A DNA stretch of 64,000 nucleotides from contig NC_047064.1 of the NCBI RefSeq assembly GCF_902459465.1, positions 768,762 to 832,761 on the forward strand, read 5' to 3'. Positions 62,986 to 64,000 of the stretch are shown piece after piece (the first letter of the stretch is position 1; each line of letters begins with the position of its first letter). The notes under the pieces were generated by a model. It searched no databases and was not told the DNA's origin. It was given only the letters and a program-made list of their open reading frames with translations. The position numbers and the translations under genes are program-made. The DNA comes from Asterias rubens (Eukaryota).

Positions 62986-64000
62986 TTATGTTGCGAATGG
63001 GTGACTAGTGAATTTTACTACTCGACTAGTCGCACCTCAAACCTGCCTACGACACTTGTCGAGATAAAATACGGATTCTCAAGATTTGTACCGCCATGTG
63101 CCGCAAGGGCAATATTAATTATGTTGCGAATGGGTGTGACTAGTGAAATTTACTACTCGACTAGTCGCACTTCAAACCTAACTATGACACTTGTCGAGAT
63201 AAAGTACGGATTCTCAAGATTTGTGCCGCTATGCCGCAAGGGCAATATAAATTATGTTGCGAATATAAGCAACACAACTGGTTCACCAAACAGGTAGTCG
63301 GGACAAATTTTTAATTATGTTGCGAATGGGTGTGACTAGTGAAATTTACTACTCGACTAGTCGCAATTCAAACCTAACTATGACATTTGTCGAGATAAAG
63401 TACAGATTCTCAAGATTTGTGCCGCTTTGCCGCAAGGGCAATATTAATTATGTTGCGAATAGTAGTAAGCAACACAACTGGTTCACCAAACAGGTAGTCT
63501 GGACAAATTTTGTAGTCGATGTGTGGACACGGTTATAACTGAATAGAGATAAAAACAGTAGTCGCGACTCAAATTATAATTTGTAGTCGCGGCTTTAACA
63601 CTAAAGCACACTAGTCGCCCCTGCCTACTTTTGTCACAAGTAAAGCACAGTTTTTCCTGAAAATGCAAATCAAATTTTTTAGTCACTGTTTTCGCAGTGA
63701 AAGTTTCGCAGGAGTTGAGCACAATTAGTCAACTGTAGCAAATTGTTTGATGCCAATTGTGAAGTGAAGAACACATTCCCTGCTAAGCTGTAAAATACGC
63801 TTAGCGTAAGCACAGTTCCCTGATTACGTAAGCGCTGCGATTCTTTCCTTTAAAAGCCATTGGCCCAGGACCAAACTACATAATAGCTTTTTAAACACAA
63901 AAAGCAGCTTAACCATGCCTCATGTTCAAGTTGTGAATCCAGGTGTTCTGCTCAATTTCTGCAATTTTGTAATGTTTGCCTGTTTAGTATAAGCAGCTCT
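62986..64000. repeat. Higher-order satellite unit U5, a partial copy truncated by the window end.
   Basis: Identical to the first ~1 kb of U4 (track ORFs at 63001, 63317 and 63483 equal those at 57029, 57345 and 57511). Confidence 0.9.

Noticed and set aside
28130-64000. CRISPR array or prokaryotic defence island interpretation of the regularly spaced palindromic repeats (53-bp and 60-bp arrays).
   Set aside because: The 'spacers' between palindromes are identical in every unit, so there is no spacer diversity. There are no cas-like ORFs. The surrounding sequence has spliceosomal introns and Pol III SINE modules. This is eukaryotic satellite DNA.

Overview
This window reads as eukaryotic (metazoan) genomic DNA, not a prokaryotic locus. 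The evidence is AT-rich sequence, canonical GT-AG introns with polypyrimidine tracts, Pol III tRNA-derived SINE-like modules, microsatellites and minisatellites, and a very large satellite block. I see no credible prokaryotic operon, CRISPR array or defence system. Lineage cannot be told from the sequence; invertebrate deuterostome or mollusc-like is a low-confidence guess.

Two halves:
(1) Positions 1-28,130 hold minisatellites (39-bp and ~125-bp units), several dispersed SINE-like repeat families, and one clearly real multi-exon protein-coding gene on the + strand. At least 11 exons lie between 9919 and 28116. The gene encodes a PLP-dependent aminotransferase class V, SufS/CsdA-type cysteine desulfurase-like enzyme with a ~115-aa N-terminal extension. 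Its last visible exon splices into (2).
(2) Positions 28,130-64,000 are a continuous, hierarchically organised satellite block with no convincing genes. Its building block is a ~130-bp monomer carrying a palindromic CCGGAAGT (ETS-type) inverted repeat next to an AGGTCA direct repeat (nuclear-receptor-half-site-like). The monomers are arranged into a 1.57-kb sub-unit present as ~3 tandem copies and a ~5.97-kb higher-order unit present as ~3.2 near-identical copies (45.1-64 kb). An older, expanded copy (29.8-45.1 kb) carries a private 4.28-kb insertion with transposon-like hallmarks.

Inside the higher-order unit are nested hairpin-forming minisatellites (53-bp, ~60-bp, 112-bp and 133-bp units). 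There are also tRNA-derived box A/B modules, perfect 15-bp-stem hairpins, and recurrent clusters of canonical transcription-factor motifs (octamer ATGCAAAT, CACGTG, TTAATTAA, TGACGTCA). The ORFs the six-frame track reports inside the repeats are artefacts of repeat periodicity.
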